From the NCBI GenBank assembly GCA_963695345.1, contig OY968769.1:1728001-1792000 (forward strand): DNA of 64,000 bases, given 5' to 3'. A model generated the notes under the pieces. It was not told the DNA's origin, did no database searches, and worked only from the letters and a program-made list of their open reading frames with translations. The position numbers and the translations under genes were made by a program. This document shows positions 32,753 to 43,807 of this stretch, one piece after another; position 1 is the first letter of the stretch; every line of letters starts with the position of its first letter. This stretch comes from an uncultured Methanomassiliicoccales archaeon (lineage in GTDB: Archaea > Thermoplasmatota > Thermoplasmata > Methanomassiliicoccales > UBA472).

Positions 32753-33754
32753 ATGCCAAACAGAAGACGTCCGAGACAAGGTTCGATGGCGTATTCGCCA
32801 AGGAAAAGGGCTTCGAGACAGACGCCCAAGCTGGATGCCTGGCCCGAGATCAGCGAAGGCCCTAAGATACAGGGATTTGCTGGTTACAAGGCCGGAATGA
32901 CCCACGCGTTCATAGTGGACTACAACAAGACCAGCACGACTGCGGGACAAGAGATCAGGATCCCGGTAACCGTGCTGGAAGTGCCGCCGATGAAGATCGC
33001 GGCAATAAGGGTCTACGAGAACACCCGGTATGGACTCAAGACCGCAGGAGAGGTCTGGGCCAGCGGAGTGGACGAGGTACTTTCCAGGCGCGTGCCGATA
33101 CCAAAGAAGTATGATGCTGACAAGGCTTGGGAGAAGCTGAAGACGGTGGATGTCGAGGATATCCGCGTCCTCGCCTATACCCAGCCGAAGATGGTGAAGG
33201 GAGTGCCCAAGAAGGTCCCGGAGCTCATGGAGCTCAGGATCGGCGGGGCGACGATGGACAAGAGGATGGAGTACGCCAAGGCCATCCTCGGCAAGGACAT
33301 CAACGTCACCGATTTCGCCAAGGAAGGCAACCTCATCGATGTCGCAGCGATCACCAAGGGAAAGGGTTTCCAGGGAGCCACCAAGAGATGGGGCATCAAG
33401 CTGCTGTCCCACAAGAACAGCAAGCACAGAAGGATGGTCGGTACCCTCGGTCCGAAGAGGCCCGGGTACGTCAGGAACACCGCCCCGCAGTCCGGTCAGA
33501 TGGGTTACCACCAGAGGACCGAGGTAAACAAGCTGGTACTGAAGATCGGAGCTACCGGAGAGGAGATCAACCCGAAGGGAGGGTTCATTCACTACGGAAC
33601 CATCGTCAACCAGTACGTTCTGATCCACGGATCCGTGCCCGGCCCGACCAAGAGGCTTGTGCGCCTGAGGGACCCGGTAAGGAACCACGGTGGCAACATG
33701 AAGGAAGCGCCCACCATAGTGTATGTATCTACTGAATCCAAGCAGGGGGCGTAA
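32753..33754 (+). CDS. rpl3: 50S ribosomal protein uL3
   Basis: RPRQGSMAYSPRKRA and GYKAGMTH motifs. Confidence 0.98.
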   Translation: MPNRRRPRQGSMAYSPRKRASRQTPKLDAWPEISEGPKIQGFAGYKAGMTHAFIVDYNKTSTTAGQEIRIPVTVLEVPPMKIAAIRVYENTRYGLKTAGEVWASGVDEVLSRRVPIPKKYDADKAWEKLKTVDVEDIRVLAYTQPKMVKGVPKKVPELMELRIGGATMDKRMEYAKAILGKDINVTDFAKEGNLIDVAAITKGKGFQGATKRWGIKLLSHKNSKHRRMVGTLGPKRPGYVRNTAPQSGQMGYHQRTEVNKLVLKIGATGEEINPKGGFIHYGTIVNQYVLIHGSVPGPTKRLVRLRDPVRNHGGNMKEAPTIVYVSTESKQGA

Positions 33755-33757
33755 TCA

Positions 33758-34534
33758 ATGGCTGAAAAGAAGAGCGAAGTCAACGTTTATTCCATTAAGG
33801 GCGACGTCGTGAAGACGGTCGCACTGCCGCAGGTGTTCCAGACCCTGTACCGCCCTGACGTGATCAGGAAGGCAGTCGTCGCTGAGGAGGCGAACGGACG
33901 GCAACCTTACGGGTCCAAGCCGGGCGCCGGTACCAGGCACGCTGTCTCCACCTGGGGCAAAGGCCGTGGAGTCGCCAGGGTCCAGAGGCTTACATCGGGA
34001 GCGAAGGCCGCTGAATCGCCCAACAACGTGGGCGGCAGGAGGGCATTCCCCCCGATGGCAGACAAGGACTGGTCCCTGAAATGCAACCGGAAGGAGAGGA
34101 CGCTCGCAAGGTTCTCCGCCCTCGCCTGCACCGCTGACGCGGTACAGGTCAAGAAGCGCGGTCACCAGTTCGACGAGAATGTCACCCTGCCGGTCGTGGT
34201 AGAGGACAACATCGAGGCGTTGAAGACCACCTCCGAAGTGCTGCTGGCTCTCAGGAGCATGGGGCTAGAGGGAGACGTCATCAGGGCCAAGGAAGGCAAG
34301 AAGGTCAGGCCGGGCAAGGGCAAGATGAGAGGCAGGCGGTTCAAGGCGCCTCGCGGAATACTCATCGTTGTCGACGACCCGCAATCCGCGCTGTTCATCG
34401 GCGCCAAGAACCTGGCCGGAGTCGAGATCGCAACCGCTGAGAAGCTTAACCCGGGTCTACTGGCCCCAGGTGGCGACGCAGGAAGGCTGACGGTGTTCAC
34501 CGAGTCGGCCATAAAGAAAGTAGGAGCGTGGTGA
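33758..34534 (+). CDS. rpl4: 50S ribosomal protein uL4
   Basis: WGKGRGVAR and LAPGG motifs. Confidence 0.97.
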   Translation: MAEKKSEVNVYSIKGDVVKTVALPQVFQTLYRPDVIRKAVVAEEANGRQPYGSKPGAGTRHAVSTWGKGRGVARVQRLTSGAKAAESPNNVGGRRAFPPMADKDWSLKCNRKERTLARFSALACTADAVQVKKRGHQFDENVTLPVVVEDNIEALKTTSEVLLALRSMGLEGDVIRAKEGKKVRPGKGKMRGRRFKAPRGILIVVDDPQSALFIGAKNLAGVEIATAEKLNPGLLAPGGDAGRLTVFTESAIKKVGAW

Positions 34535-34536
34535 GA

Positions 34537-34821
34537 ATGGTCTCAAAGAGGGACGTTCTATTGCATCCGTTCGTCACAGAAAAGACGATGAACCACATGA
34601 CGGGCACCCCGACCCAGGACTTCAAGGACGGAAACAAGCTGGAGTTCATTGTGTTGAGGAGCGCCACGAAGGAGCAGCTAAAGACAGCGTTCGAGGAGCG
34701 CTTCGATGTCAAGGTATCGAAAGTATGGACCCGGGTAGCCCGCGATGGCAAGCACGCCATCTTCAAGCTGGCCGAGGGATACTCCGCTGAAGACATCGGA
34801 ATGAGGATCGGCGTGTTCTAA
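34537..34821 (+). CDS. rpl23: 50S ribosomal protein uL23
   Basis: HPFVTEK, NKLEF motifs; operon position. Confidence 0.95.
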   Translation: MVSKRDVLLHPFVTEKTMNHMTGTPTQDFKDGNKLEFIVLRSATKEQLKTAFEERFDVKVSKVWTRVARDGKHAIFKLAEGYSAEDIGMRIGVF

Positions 34822-34832
34822 GGGGGGTTATC

Positions 34833-35537
34833 ATGGGTAAGAATTTAAGACAGCAAAGGAGAGGCCGCGGGGGATCAGTATACCGCTCACCGAGCCACAG
34901 GCACCTGGGCGTCATGAAGCACCCCCTGGCGGAGAAGAAGTCGGGCAAGGTAGTGGATCTCATTCACGCACCGGGCAAGACCTGCCCGGTGGCAAAGGTT
35001 GACTTCGGCGGCAACATCGAGATGATGATCGCCGCCGAGGGTATGATGGTGGGACAGAAGGTCATGGTGGACGGAACACCGGAGATCGTCTCCGGCAACA
35101 TCATGCCGCTGGCGAATGTCCCGGAAGGAACGCTGGTCTTCAACGTCGAAGGCCGGCCAGGCGACGGTGGAAAGTACATCAAGACGGCCGGAACATCGGG
35201 AACGGTCATCACCAAGGGCGAGAAGGTCTCCCTGCTGATGCCGTCCGGAGCGTTCCGCAGCTTTGACCCGCTGTGCAGGGCATCGATAGGGATCGTTGCC
35301 GGCGGCGGTGCAAAGGAGAAGCCATTCGCAACGGCCGGAAGGAAGTTCCACGCGTGGCGCAGCAAGTCCAAGGCTTACTTCAAGGTCAAGGGTATCGCGA
35401 TGAACCCAGTTGACCACCCGCACGGCGGTGGCGGTCACCCGCACGTCGGTAAGCCAAGCACTGTGTCGAGGAACGCACCTCCAGGAAGGAAGGTAGGACG
35501 CCTCTCGCCCCAGAAGAAGAAAAAGGAGAAGAGGTGA
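34833..35537 (+). CDS. rpl2: 50S ribosomal protein uL2
   Basis: MNPVDHPHGGG motif. Confidence 0.98.
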   Translation: MGKNLRQQRRGRGGSVYRSPSHRHLGVMKHPLAEKKSGKVVDLIHAPGKTCPVAKVDFGGNIEMMIAAEGMMVGQKVMVDGTPEIVSGNIMPLANVPEGTLVFNVEGRPGDGGKYIKTAGTSGTVITKGEKVSLLMPSGAFRSFDPLCRASIGIVAGGGAKEKPFATAGRKFHAWRSKSKAYFKVKGIAMNPVDHPHGGGGHPHVGKPSTVSRNAPPGRKVGRLSPQKKKKEKR

Positions 35538-35542
35538 TCTGA

Positions 35543-36004
35543 ATGGCTGAAGAAAAGATGTCAGGTACCAAGTCCTCGAGAAGGAAGCTTAGGAAGAAGA
35601 AGGGAGTCCTCCAGGCAAAGCGGAAGAAGGAGTTCACCTACCGCGGCTTTACCATGGAGCAGCTTCTCGAGATGCCGTTCGAAGAGGTCCTCGACCTAAT
35701 GCCCTCCCGGATAAGGAGGAGCTTCGTCAGGGGCTTCAACGACGAGCAGAAGACCGCCTTCGAGAAGATCAAGGCGAGCGAGGGAGAAGCCGTCCGGACC
35801 CACCGGAGGGACATACCAATCGTTCCCGCGATGGTCGGCAAGAAAGTGGCAATTCACAACGGAAAGGAGTTCAAGGAAGTGGAGCTCAGGGCCGAGATGA
35901 TCGGGCACTTCCTGGGAGAGTTTGCTCTGACCCGCAAGATCGTCAAGCATTCTGGACCAGGTGTCGGTGCGACCAGATCGTCGAAGTTCATGCCGCTGAA
36001 GTAA
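35543..36004 (+). CDS. rps19: 30S ribosomal protein uS19
   Basis: MIGHFLGEF and ATRSSKFMPLK motifs. Confidence 0.97.
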   Translation: MAEEKMSGTKSSRRKLRKKKGVLQAKRKKEFTYRGFTMEQLLEMPFEEVLDLMPSRIRRSFVRGFNDEQKTAFEKIKASEGEAVRTHRRDIPIVPAMVGKKVAIHNGKEFKEVELRAEMIGHFLGEFALTRKIVKHSGPGVGATRSSKFMPLK

Positions 36005-36013
36005 GGTGAGAAC

Positions 36014-36460
36014 ATGGCTGGATACACACAAAGTACAGACCCGGACACTACCGCCCGAGCAATCGGGAAGGAGAATCCCATTTCACCTAAGTTCTCCCGT
36101 GAGATCGCCAGGATGATAAGGGGAAAGAAAGTCACCGTCGCGTTGAAGATGCTGGAGGAGGTCGCCGAGCTGAAGAGGCCGGTCCCGATCCGCCGCTACG
36201 ACACAGGTGTCGCGCACAAGCCCGGGGTAGGACCCGGACGATACCCGCAGAAGGCGGCGAAGGCCTTCATCGAGGCCATCGAGAGCGCGAAGCACAACGC
36301 CGAGTACAAGGGCCTCGACGCCGAGAACATGAGGCTTAAGGTCATAGCCACCCACCTCGGACGCACCCAGAAGGGACAGATGCAGAGGGCCTACGGCAGA
36401 GCCACCCAGTGGAACCAACAGACCGTGAACATCGAAGTCATCCTTGAGGAGATGGAGTAA
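36014..36460 (+). CDS. rpl22: 50S ribosomal protein uL22
   Basis: GRYPQKAA and RAYGRA motifs. Confidence 0.97.
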   Translation: MAGYTQSTDPDTTARAIGKENPISPKFSREIARMIRGKKVTVALKMLEEVAELKRPVPIRRYDTGVAHKPGVGPGRYPQKAAKAFIEAIESAKHNAEYKGLDAENMRLKVIATHLGRTQKGQMQRAYGRATQWNQQTVNIEVILEEME

Positions 36461-37198
36461 ATGGCAAGCGAGAGGAAGTTCGTCGCGGAGAACATCAGGA
36501 GGACCCTGCTGAGGGAATACCTGATGAAGACCGTAGACCGGGCAGGCTTCGGCGGCGTTGACGTCCAAAGGACCCCAATGGGCACCAGGGTGACGCTGAT
36601 AACCGAGAGGCCAGGAATCGTAATCGGACGCCGCGGCGCAGCGATCAAGACGCTGACCAAGGCGATCGAGGACAATTTCAAGTACGACAACCCCCAGATC
36701 GAGGTCCAGGAAGTTGAGGAGCCGAACCTCAACGCGCAGATCATGGCCGAGAAATTGGCCTTTGCGCTTGAGAGGGGATGGCACTTCAGGCGCGCAGGGC
36801 ATTCCACCGTCCGCAGGATAATGGACTCTGGCGCCAGAGGATGCCTCATCATCATCTCCGGAAAACTGACCGGGGAGAGGCACAGGACCGAGAAGTTCAA
36901 AGAAGGCTACATCAAATACTGCGGTGAGACCCGAAACCTGTTCATCAGGCAAGGATTCGCCGTGGCCAAGCTGAAGCCCGGAGTAATCGGGGTCAAGGTA
37001 GAGATCATGGACCCGAACGCCAGGCTGCCGGCCGAGATAAGCGTTAAAACGATGGAAGAGGCAATGGCGGCGATCCCTGAGATGGCCGCTCTGCTGGCCC
37101 ATCAGGACGACATCCCGGACGCAATAGCTTCCGCCGCTGACAGGGCCATAATGGACGCCTCCAGGGAGCCCGCCGAGGGCGACAACAAGGAGGCGTAG
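36461..37198 (+). CDS. rps3: 30S ribosomal protein uS3
   Basis: KH motif RPGIVIGRRG; ISGKL. Confidence 0.97.
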   Translation: MASERKFVAENIRRTLLREYLMKTVDRAGFGGVDVQRTPMGTRVTLITERPGIVIGRRGAAIKTLTKAIEDNFKYDNPQIEVQEVEEPNLNAQIMAEKLAFALERGWHFRRAGHSTVRRIMDSGARGCLIIISGKLTGERHRTEKFKEGYIKYCGETRNLFIRQGFAVAKLKPGVIGVKVEIMDPNARLPAEISVKTMEEAMAAIPEMAALLAHQDDIPDAIASAADRAIMDASREPAEGDNKEA

Positions 37199-37203
37199 AC
37201 GAA

Positions 37204-37405
37204 ATGGCGCTGATCAAAGTCAAGGAGATCAAAGTCCATGAGCCTGAACGACCGCGGCGCGAAGCTCCGCGAGTTGCAGGACGAGCTCATGCACGAGAGG
37301 GGCACGGCAGCGATGGGCGGTGCTCCTGCCAACCCTGGCAGGATTAGGGCGATTAGGACCAACATAGCCAGGATACTCACCGTCCAGCAGGAGGAAGAGA
37401 AGTAA
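37204..37405 (+). CDS. rpl29: 50S ribosomal protein uL29 (1-nt insertion near 37232)
   Basis: Hand translation [13 protein letters not shown]...[18 protein letters not shown]. Confidence 0.9.
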
Positions 37406-37704
37406 TGGCTGAAATTTGCTCCGTATGTGGGCTCCCAAAAGAACTGTGCATGTGCGAGGAGATCGCACGTGAGCAGCAAACGGTGAAGATATACACCGAC
37501 AGCAGGCGATACGGAAAGATCGTCACGGTCATCGATGGTATCGACGATAACGACATCGACATCAACGATCTGGCCAAGAAGTTGAAAAACAAATGCGCTG
37601 CCGGCGGCACCGCAAAGGACGGTAAGATCGAACTGCAGGGAGACCACAAGAAGAAGGTCAAAGAGGCCCTGGAAAGCATGGGCTTCAAGACCGAGGTCAG
37701 ATGA
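37405..37704 (+). CDS. sui1: Translation initiation factor aIF1/SUI1
   Basis: [11 protein letters not shown] and IELQGDH motifs. Confidence 0.96.
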   Translation: MAEICSVCGLPKELCMCEEIAREQQTVKIYTDSRRYGKIVTVIDGIDDNDIDINDLAKKLKNKCAAGGTAKDGKIELQGDHKKKVKEALESMGFKTEVR

Positions 37705-37711
37705 GCGTTCC

Positions 37712-37972
37712 ATGGATAAAAGGGATTTCATGAAACAGGAATTCATCGGTCTGGAAGTTGAGGTCGTCTCGACGGCGCATCCTGGTTACAGGATGCGCGG
37801 CGTCGTGGTCGACGAGAGCAAGAACACGCTCTCCATCGAGCATGACGGAAAGGCGAGGACGGTCCCCAAGAAGGGCAACGGATTCCAGTTCACATACGGA
37901 AGCGAAAAGATCACAGTAATGGGATCAGAGATTCAGCACCGACCGGAAGATCGGATCAAGAAAACGAGGTGA
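37712..37972 (+). CDS. rnp1: RNase P protein component 1 (Rpp29)
   Basis: EFIGLEV, GVVVDESKN and RPEDR motifs. Confidence 0.93.
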   Translation: MDKRDFMKQEFIGLEVEVVSTAHPGYRMRGVVVDESKNTLSIEHDGKARTVPKKGNGFQFTYGSEKITVMGSEIQHRPEDRIKKTR

Positions 37973-37977
37973 ATCTT

Positions 37978-38307
37978 ATGAATGGTGAGGTTAAAGATAT
38001 CGGCATTGATGTTAAGGCCCCGACGGCCACCTGCGACGACAAGAACTGCCCCTTCCACGGCGAATTGCCAGTGAGGGGACAGATCATCGACGGGACGGTA
38101 ATCTCCGTCAAGATGAACAAGTCCGCAGTGGTCGAGAGGAAATACTTGAAGTATGACCAGAAGTACGAAAGGTACGCAAAGAGGACCAGCCACTACACGG
38201 TCCACAACCCGGCCTGCCTAGGCGTAAAGCCAGGCGACCAGGTGCGGATCGCGGAGTGCAGGCCGCTCAGCAAGACAGTATCGTTCGTGATCATCGAGAA
38301 GAGGTGA
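37978..38307 (+). CDS. rps17: 30S ribosomal protein uS17
   Basis: [10 protein letters not shown] and ECRPLSKT motifs. Confidence 0.97.
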   Translation: MNGEVKDIGIDVKAPTATCDDKNCPFHGELPVRGQIIDGTVISVKMNKSAVVERKYLKYDQKYERYAKRTSHYTVHNPACLGVKPGDQVRIAECRPLSKTVSFVIIEKR

Positions 38308-38312
38308 ATGAC

Positions 38313-38711
38313 ATGAAGGGAATAGCAGGCAACCAGACCAGGGGAGTATGCACCGGCACGATCCTCTCTGTCATTGACAACACCGGCGCGAAGACCATAT
38401 CGGTCATTGCGGTCCCGGGATACCACGGCGTGGTAAGGCGCTACCCGTCCGCAGGCGTCGGCGACATCGTCGTCGCCTCGGTCAAGAAGGGAACGCCGGA
38501 GATGAGGCGGCAGGTCATATACGCGGTCATCGTCCGCCAGAGGCGCCCGTTCAGGCGCGCTGACGGGACATGGGTCCAGTTCGAGGACAACGCAGCGGTC
38601 ATTACTACAGAGGAAGGAGAGACCAAGGGCAGCGACATAAAGGGCGCAGTCGCCAGGGAGGCCGCCGAGAGGTGGCCCCGTATCGCAGCCACGGCCTCGA
38701 CGATTATCTGA
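38313..38711 (+). CDS. rpl14: 50S ribosomal protein uL14
   Basis: DNTGAK and FEDNAAV motifs. Confidence 0.97.
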   Translation: MKGIAGNQTRGVCTGTILSVIDNTGAKTISVIAVPGYHGVVRRYPSAGVGDIVVASVKKGTPEMRRQVIYAVIVRQRRPFRRADGTWVQFEDNAAVITTEEGETKGSDIKGAVAREAAERWPRIAATASTII

Positions 38712-38720
38712 GGTGAGAGA

Positions 38721-39095
38721 ATGGAAAAGAGCAAACAAGCAAGGAAGCAGAGGAAGGCCCTGTACAACGCCCCGACGCACGTCAAGGGGAAGACGGTCTC
38801 TTCACACCTCAGCACGGAGCTGGCCGAAGATGTCGGCAGGCGCTCGGTTAGGGTCGTCAAGGGCGACACCGTTAAGATCGTCCGCGGCGACGCGGCGATC
38901 CTGGGGCTGGAAGGGAAGGTCACTGAAGTGAAGACCGAGACCGGCCGGATCATAATCGAAGGCGTCACCGTCAAGAAGGCCGACGCCAAGATGGAGAGCC
39001 GCTCGGTCCACGCGTCCAACTGCGTGGTCACCAAGCTGGAACTCAAAGACCAGTGGAGAAAGGACAAGCTCCAGAAGAAGGAGGCATCCTCATGA
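38721..39095 (+). CDS. rpl24: 50S ribosomal protein uL24
   Basis: KOW motif KGDTVKIVRG. Confidence 0.96.
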   Translation: MEKSKQARKQRKALYNAPTHVKGKTVSSHLSTELAEDVGRRSVRVVKGDTVKIVRGDAAILGLEGKVTEVKTETGRIIIEGVTVKKADAKMESRSVHASNCVVTKLELKDQWRKDKLQKKEASS

Positions 39096-39802
39096 GCAAC
39101 GATATGAAGAGACTGACCGCTCCCCGGAGCTGGCCAGTACCAAGAAAGTCCCATGTGTGGATCACAAGCCCAAGCCCGGGACCGCACTCGATCGAGGTCA
39201 GCATGCCGATCATGGTCATCATCCGTGACATGCTCCACCTGTGCGACACCGCGGCGGAAGGCGTCAAGCTGCTGCACGCCCGCGAGATCAAGGTCGACGG
39301 ACGCGTGGTCACCAACCACCGTTTCCCGGTCGGACTGATGGACGTAGTGTCCATCCAGAAGCTCGGACAGAACTACCGGATGGTCCTCGATGAGAACGAC
39401 AAGATGCGCCTGGTCACGATCCCCAGCGGGAAAGAGGCCTGGAAGCTGTGCCGCGTCGAGAACAAGACCACCCTGCCGGGCGGAAAGACCCAGCTGAACC
39501 TGCACGACGGACGCAACATCATCGTGGCCAAGGACGGCTGGAAGTCCGGAGATGTGCTAAAGCTAGAGGTCCCATCCCAGAAGATCCTGGAGACCTACAA
39601 GCTGGCCAAGGGCAACATGGTCCTCGTGATCGCCGGTGCCCACGCCGGTCGGCTGGAGGCCATCGAGGAGTACATCATCACCCGCTCATCCGCCCCGAAC
39701 CTGGTCAAGTTCAAGGACGGGACGACCACGGTGAAGAACAACGTCTTCGTCGTCGGCGCCAAGGTGCCGGAGATATCCCTGCCGGAGGCCAGCGCACTAT
39801 GA
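39092..39802 (+). CDS. rps4e: 30S ribosomal protein eS4
   Basis: PSPGPH, PVGLMDV and LHDGRN motifs. Confidence 0.97.
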   Translation: MSNDMKRLTAPRSWPVPRKSHVWITSPSPGPHSIEVSMPIMVIIRDMLHLCDTAAEGVKLLHAREIKVDGRVVTNHRFPVGLMDVVSIQKLGQNYRMVLDENDKMRLVTIPSGKEAWKLCRVENKTTLPGGKTQLNLHDGRNIIVAKDGWKSGDVLKLEVPSQKILETYKLAKGNMVLVIAGAHAGRLEAIEEYIITRSSAPNLVKFKDGTTTVKNNVFVVGAKVPEISLPEASAL

Positions 39803-40322
39803 GCGACGAGAAGAACGTCATGCGCGAACCGCGCATCGAGAAGATCGTCGTCAACATCGGCGTCGGCGAGGCCGGCGAGCGTCTCCAGAAGGCCGAGAAG
39901 GTCCTGGAGATGGTCACCAAGCAGAAGCCGAAGACCACCTTCGCCAAGGTCACCAACAGGGACCTGGGCGTTCGTGAGGGCATGCCGATCGGATGCAAGG
40001 TCACCCTGCGCGGAGAGACTGGCGGAGGATTTCCTGAACAGGGCGCTCACCATCCGTGAGAGGCGGGTTGCCACGCTACTCCTTCGACCAGGAGGGCAAC
40101 CTGTCCTTCGGTATCAGCGATTACACCGACTTCGCAGGGATGAGATACGACCCAGAGATAGGCATCTTCGGTATGGACGTCTGCGTGTCGATCCAGAGGC
40201 CCGGAAGGCGGATCACCCGGCGCCGTATCATGAAGAAGAAGCTGCCCAAGGAGCACCGGATGACCAGGGACGAAGCGGTCAATTTCATGAAAGAGAAATA
40301 CAACGTGGATGTGGTCGAGTGA
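39799..40322 (+). CDS. rpl5: 50S ribosomal protein uL5 (frameshifts near 40020 and 40072)
   Basis: [20 protein letters not shown] and [11 protein letters not shown] motifs. Confidence 0.94.
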
Positions 40323-40468
40323 CGAAGCCAAAGAAAGTGTTCGGCAGGACAGTAGGCTGCACGCGCTGCGGAAGGAAGCGTGGAATAGTGAGGAGGTACG
40401 GCATGCACCTGTGCAGGCAGTGCTTCCGTGAAGTCGCGCCGCAGATCGGGTTTAAGAAGTACTCGTGA
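40319..40468 (+). CDS. rps14: 30S ribosomal protein uS14
   Basis: CTRCG...LCRQCFRE motif. Confidence 0.96.
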   Translation: MTKPKKVFGRTVGCTRCGRKRGIVRRYGMHLCRQCFREVAPQIGFKKYS

Positions 40469-40477
40469 GGTGAGAAG

Positions 40478-40868
40478 ATGCAGAACGACCCATTAAATGA
40501 TGCAATGTCAACAATAAAGAATGCGGCGACAGTGGGAAAGAGCGAGTGCCAGATAAAGCCATCCTCTAAGCTCATCGGCCGCGTGCTCAAGGTCATGCAA
40601 GAAAACGGCTACATCAACCAGTTCGAGTTCGTCGAAGATGGTAAGGCCGGTGTCTTCAAGGTCAAGATGCAGGGAAAGATCAACAACTGCGGAGTCATCA
40701 AGCCGCGCTACTCGGTCAAGAAGGTCGACCTCGAGACAGTTCGAGGCCCGTTTCCTCCCGGCCCAGGACTTCGGCGTGTTGATCGTCTCGACCACCGAGG
40801 GCGTAATCAGCCACGTGAAAGCAAAGGAATTGGGCGTCGGCGGCAAGCTGCTGGCGTTCGTGTACTGA
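40478..40868 (+). CDS. rps8: 30S ribosomal protein uS8 (frameshift near 40737)
   Basis: [16 protein letters not shown] and GGKLLAFVY motifs. Confidence 0.95.
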
Positions 40869-40878
40869 GGGAAAAGAG

Positions 40879-41432
40879 ATGACGGTAAGCGGATACATCG
40901 AGGAAAAGATCGAGATTCCCAAGGACGTGAAGGCATCCCTGGATAACGGGATCGTCACGCTCAAGGGGAAGAACGGTCAGCTGTCAAGGAACTTCTCCCA
41001 CCCCAAGGTCAAGTTGGCCATCGCCGACAACCACGTCGATCGTCGAGCAGCGAGATGCCGAAGGTGCGCGAGAAGGCCATCGTCGGTACCTACGCAGCTC
41101 ACGTCAGGAACATGATCGTCGGAGTCACCATCGGGTACGAGTACAAGATGAAGATCGTCTACTCTCACTTCCCCATCAAGGCGGCAGTGAAGGGAAACAA
41201 GTTCTCCATCGAGAACTTCCTCGGGGAGAAGGCTGCCCGCAGCGCGAACATCATCGGAGAGACCAAGGTCAAGGTCGCGGGCAGCGGAAGTACGTGCTCA
41301 CCGGCGCTGACCTGGAGACAGGTCTCCCAGACCGCCGCGAACATCGAGCGGGCCACCAAGATCAGGGGATTCGACCCCAGGGTCTTCCAGGATGGTATAT
41401 ACATCACGGAGAAGGCAGGGAGGTCTATCTAA
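40879..41432 (+). CDS. rpl6: 50S ribosomal protein uL6 (frameshifted)
   Basis: YSHFPI, NFLGEK and [11 protein letters not shown] motifs. Confidence 0.95.
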
Positions 41433-42130
41433 TGGCCAAGAACAAGAAGGAAATCAAGGAACTGGCGGACCTGCCGTACTACCGCGAGGAGTACACCGCT
41501 CAGCTGGCGAAGATGGACATCAACGACTCTGCCCGAGCTGCTGGCGGCGCTGAAGGAGAACAAGAAGAAGCAGAAGATCATCGATGACCTTGATGGCGTC
41601 GGCGTCAAGATCGCCGACCACTGGATCGAGGTCATGGAACCGGAAGAGTCCACCGCGTTGGCCACCAAGGAGTCCAAGACCGAGATCATCGAGGAAGCCG
41701 AGGCCGAGGTCGTGGAGAAGGGCGAATACGTCGCCAAGATCAAGCCCGTTCTCTCCGCCGAGGTCAAGGCCATGCTCGAGAAGCGCGCAGAGATATCTGG
41801 GCGCAGGCCGGAGTTCCTCCGTCAGGAGTGGTTCCGGTACGCCAAGCTCGGGCAAGAAGTGGAGAAAGCCGCAGGGGAATGCACTCGAAGATGAGAAGGC
41901 ACTACAAGTACAGGCCGACCATCGTCTCGATCGGATTCCGCGGACCGGCATTGGTCCGTGGTCTGGCATCCTCCGGATTCCAAGAGGTATTGGTATACAA
42001 CCCGTCGAACCTCGACATAATCGACCCGAAGACCCAGGCGGCCAAGATCGGCGGCACCGTCGGCGGGAAGAAGAGGGCGGCAATCATAGAGAAGGCGGAC
42101 CAGCTGAAGATCCGCGTATTGAACAGGTAA
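41432..42130 (+). CDS. rpl32e: 50S ribosomal protein eL32 with N-terminal HhH-like extension (frameshifted)
   Basis: RPEFLRQEW, WRKP.GMHSKMR and KIRVLN motifs. Confidence 0.9.
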
Positions 42131-42145
42131 TTTGGAAGTGAAGAT

Positions 42146-42602
42146 ATGGATCTGAAGAATCAAAAGCGCATGGCGGCCGAGATCCTCAAATGCGGACACA
42201 CCCGTGTCTGGATCGACCCGAACAGGATCGAGGATGTCGCAGACGCCATTACCCGGGCGGACATAAGGACGGCCATCGAATCCGGGACCATCCGCGCAAA
42301 GCCCGAAAAGGGCATCTCCCGTGGCAGGGCCCGCTACATGGCGGCCCAGAAGGCCAAGGGACGCAGGCGTGGACAGGGCAGCAGGAAGGGTACCGCAGGT
42401 GCCCGTACCCCCAGGAAGAGAAGGTGGATCCAGACGATCCGCCCGATCCGTGTCGAGCTGGCTAAGCTCCGCGACGAGGGGACAGATAACCAAGACAGTC
42501 TACAGGGAGTTCTACATGAAGGCCAAGGGCGGCATGTTCAAGAGCAGGAACAATCTCCTGATGCACCTGAAGACCGCGGGATACCTGAAGGAGGCTAACT
42601 GA
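42146..42602 (+). CDS. rpl19e: 50S ribosomal protein eL19 (frameshift near 42480)
   Basis: QKRMAAEILKCG..RVWIDP and GSRKG motifs. Confidence 0.95.
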
Positions 42603-43102
42603 TGGCAACGGGACCGAGATACAAGGTAGCCTTCCGCCGCAGGCGTGAGGGCAGGACAGATTACAGGCAGAGGGCCAGGCTGCTCCGGGCAAGGATCCCG
42701 AGGGCGGTCGTAAGGAACTCCCTGCGCCACACCAGCATACAGATCATTGCCTACGACGCGGTCGGAGACAGGGTCCTGGCCACGGCACACTCGCGCGAGC
42801 TAGTGGACCTCGGCTGGAACAAGGCCACCGGCAACCTGCCGGCAGCCTACCTCACCGGCTACCTGGCCGGGAAGCGGGCCAAGAAGAACGGCGTCACCGA
42901 GTGCGTGCTCGACATCGGGCTCAAGGTACCGGCCAAGGGAGCGGCGGTCTTCGCCGCCCTCAAGGGCATGGTCGACGCAGGCGTCGCCATCCCGCACGGA
43001 AAGGAGATCCTCCCGTCCGAGGACAGGCTGAACGGCGCGCACATCGGCGAGGATGTCGCCAAACTAGTACAGGAAGTCAAGAACCGCATGGAGGCTGCTT
43101 AA
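42602..43102 (+). CDS. rpl18: 50S ribosomal protein uL18
   Basis: [11 protein letters not shown] and NLPAAYLTG motifs. Confidence 0.97.
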   Translation: MATGPRYKVAFRRRREGRTDYRQRARLLRARIPRAVVRNSLRHTSIQIIAYDAVGDRVLATAHSRELVDLGWNKATGNLPAAYLTGYLAGKRAKKNGVTECVLDIGLKVPAKGAAVFAALKGMVDAGVAIPHGKEILPSEDRLNGAHIGEDVAKLVQEVKNRMEAA

Positions 43103-43103
43103 G

Positions 43104-43802
43104 ATGGAATGGGTTCCAAAGACCAGGCTCGGCAAGATGGTCCTCACCGGAGAGGTCACCAGCATGAGCCAGGCGCTAGCCACGAAGCTACCGCTGCGTG
43201 AGGCGGAGATCGTGGACATACTACTGCCGGACCTCAAGGACGAGGTCATCGACGTCAACATCGTGCAGAGGATGACCGACTCCGGAAGAAGGGTCAAGTT
43301 CAGGATCACCTGCGTGGTCGGAAACGGCGACGGTTTCATCGGCATCGGCCGCTGCAAGGGCAAGGAGGTCGGGCCATCGATCCGGAAGGCCATCGACAAC
43401 GCCAAGCTGAACATCATCGAGATCAAGCGCGGCTGCGGTTCGTGGGAATGCGGCTGCGGTACGCCGCACTCATTGCCGTTCGAGGTCATGGGCAAGTCCG
43501 GCTCCGTCGAGGTCATACTCAAGCCGGCCCCCAGGGGAATATCCCTGGCCGTCGGCGATGTCGCCAAGAGCATCCTGACGCTGGCCGGCGTGAAGGACTC
43601 CTGGGGATACGCCAAGGGCCACACCAAGACCACCGTCAACTATGCGCAGGCAACGTACAACGCGCTGAAGAAGACCACCGAGATGCGTGTCACCGAAGAC
43701 CAGGAAAAGAGGCTGAAGATCGTCTCCGGACCGGTCCAGATGCACGTGGCCCAGACATCGGTCGATTCCATGTCGGCACCGATGGACGTAAAGGGAGCGT
43801 GA
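43104..43802 (+). CDS. rps5: 30S ribosomal protein uS5
   Basis: WVPKTRLG and RGCGSWEC motifs. Confidence 0.97.
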   Translation: MEWVPKTRLGKMVLTGEVTSMSQALATKLPLREAEIVDILLPDLKDEVIDVNIVQRMTDSGRRVKFRITCVVGNGDGFIGIGRCKGKEVGPSIRKAIDNAKLNIIEIKRGCGSWECGCGTPHSLPFEVMGKSGSVEVILKPAPRGISLAVGDVAKSILTLAGVKDSWGYAKGHTKTTVNYAQATYNALKKTTEMRVTEDQEKRLKIVSGPVQMHVAQTSVDSMSAPMDVKGA

Positions 43803-43807
43803 ACTAA

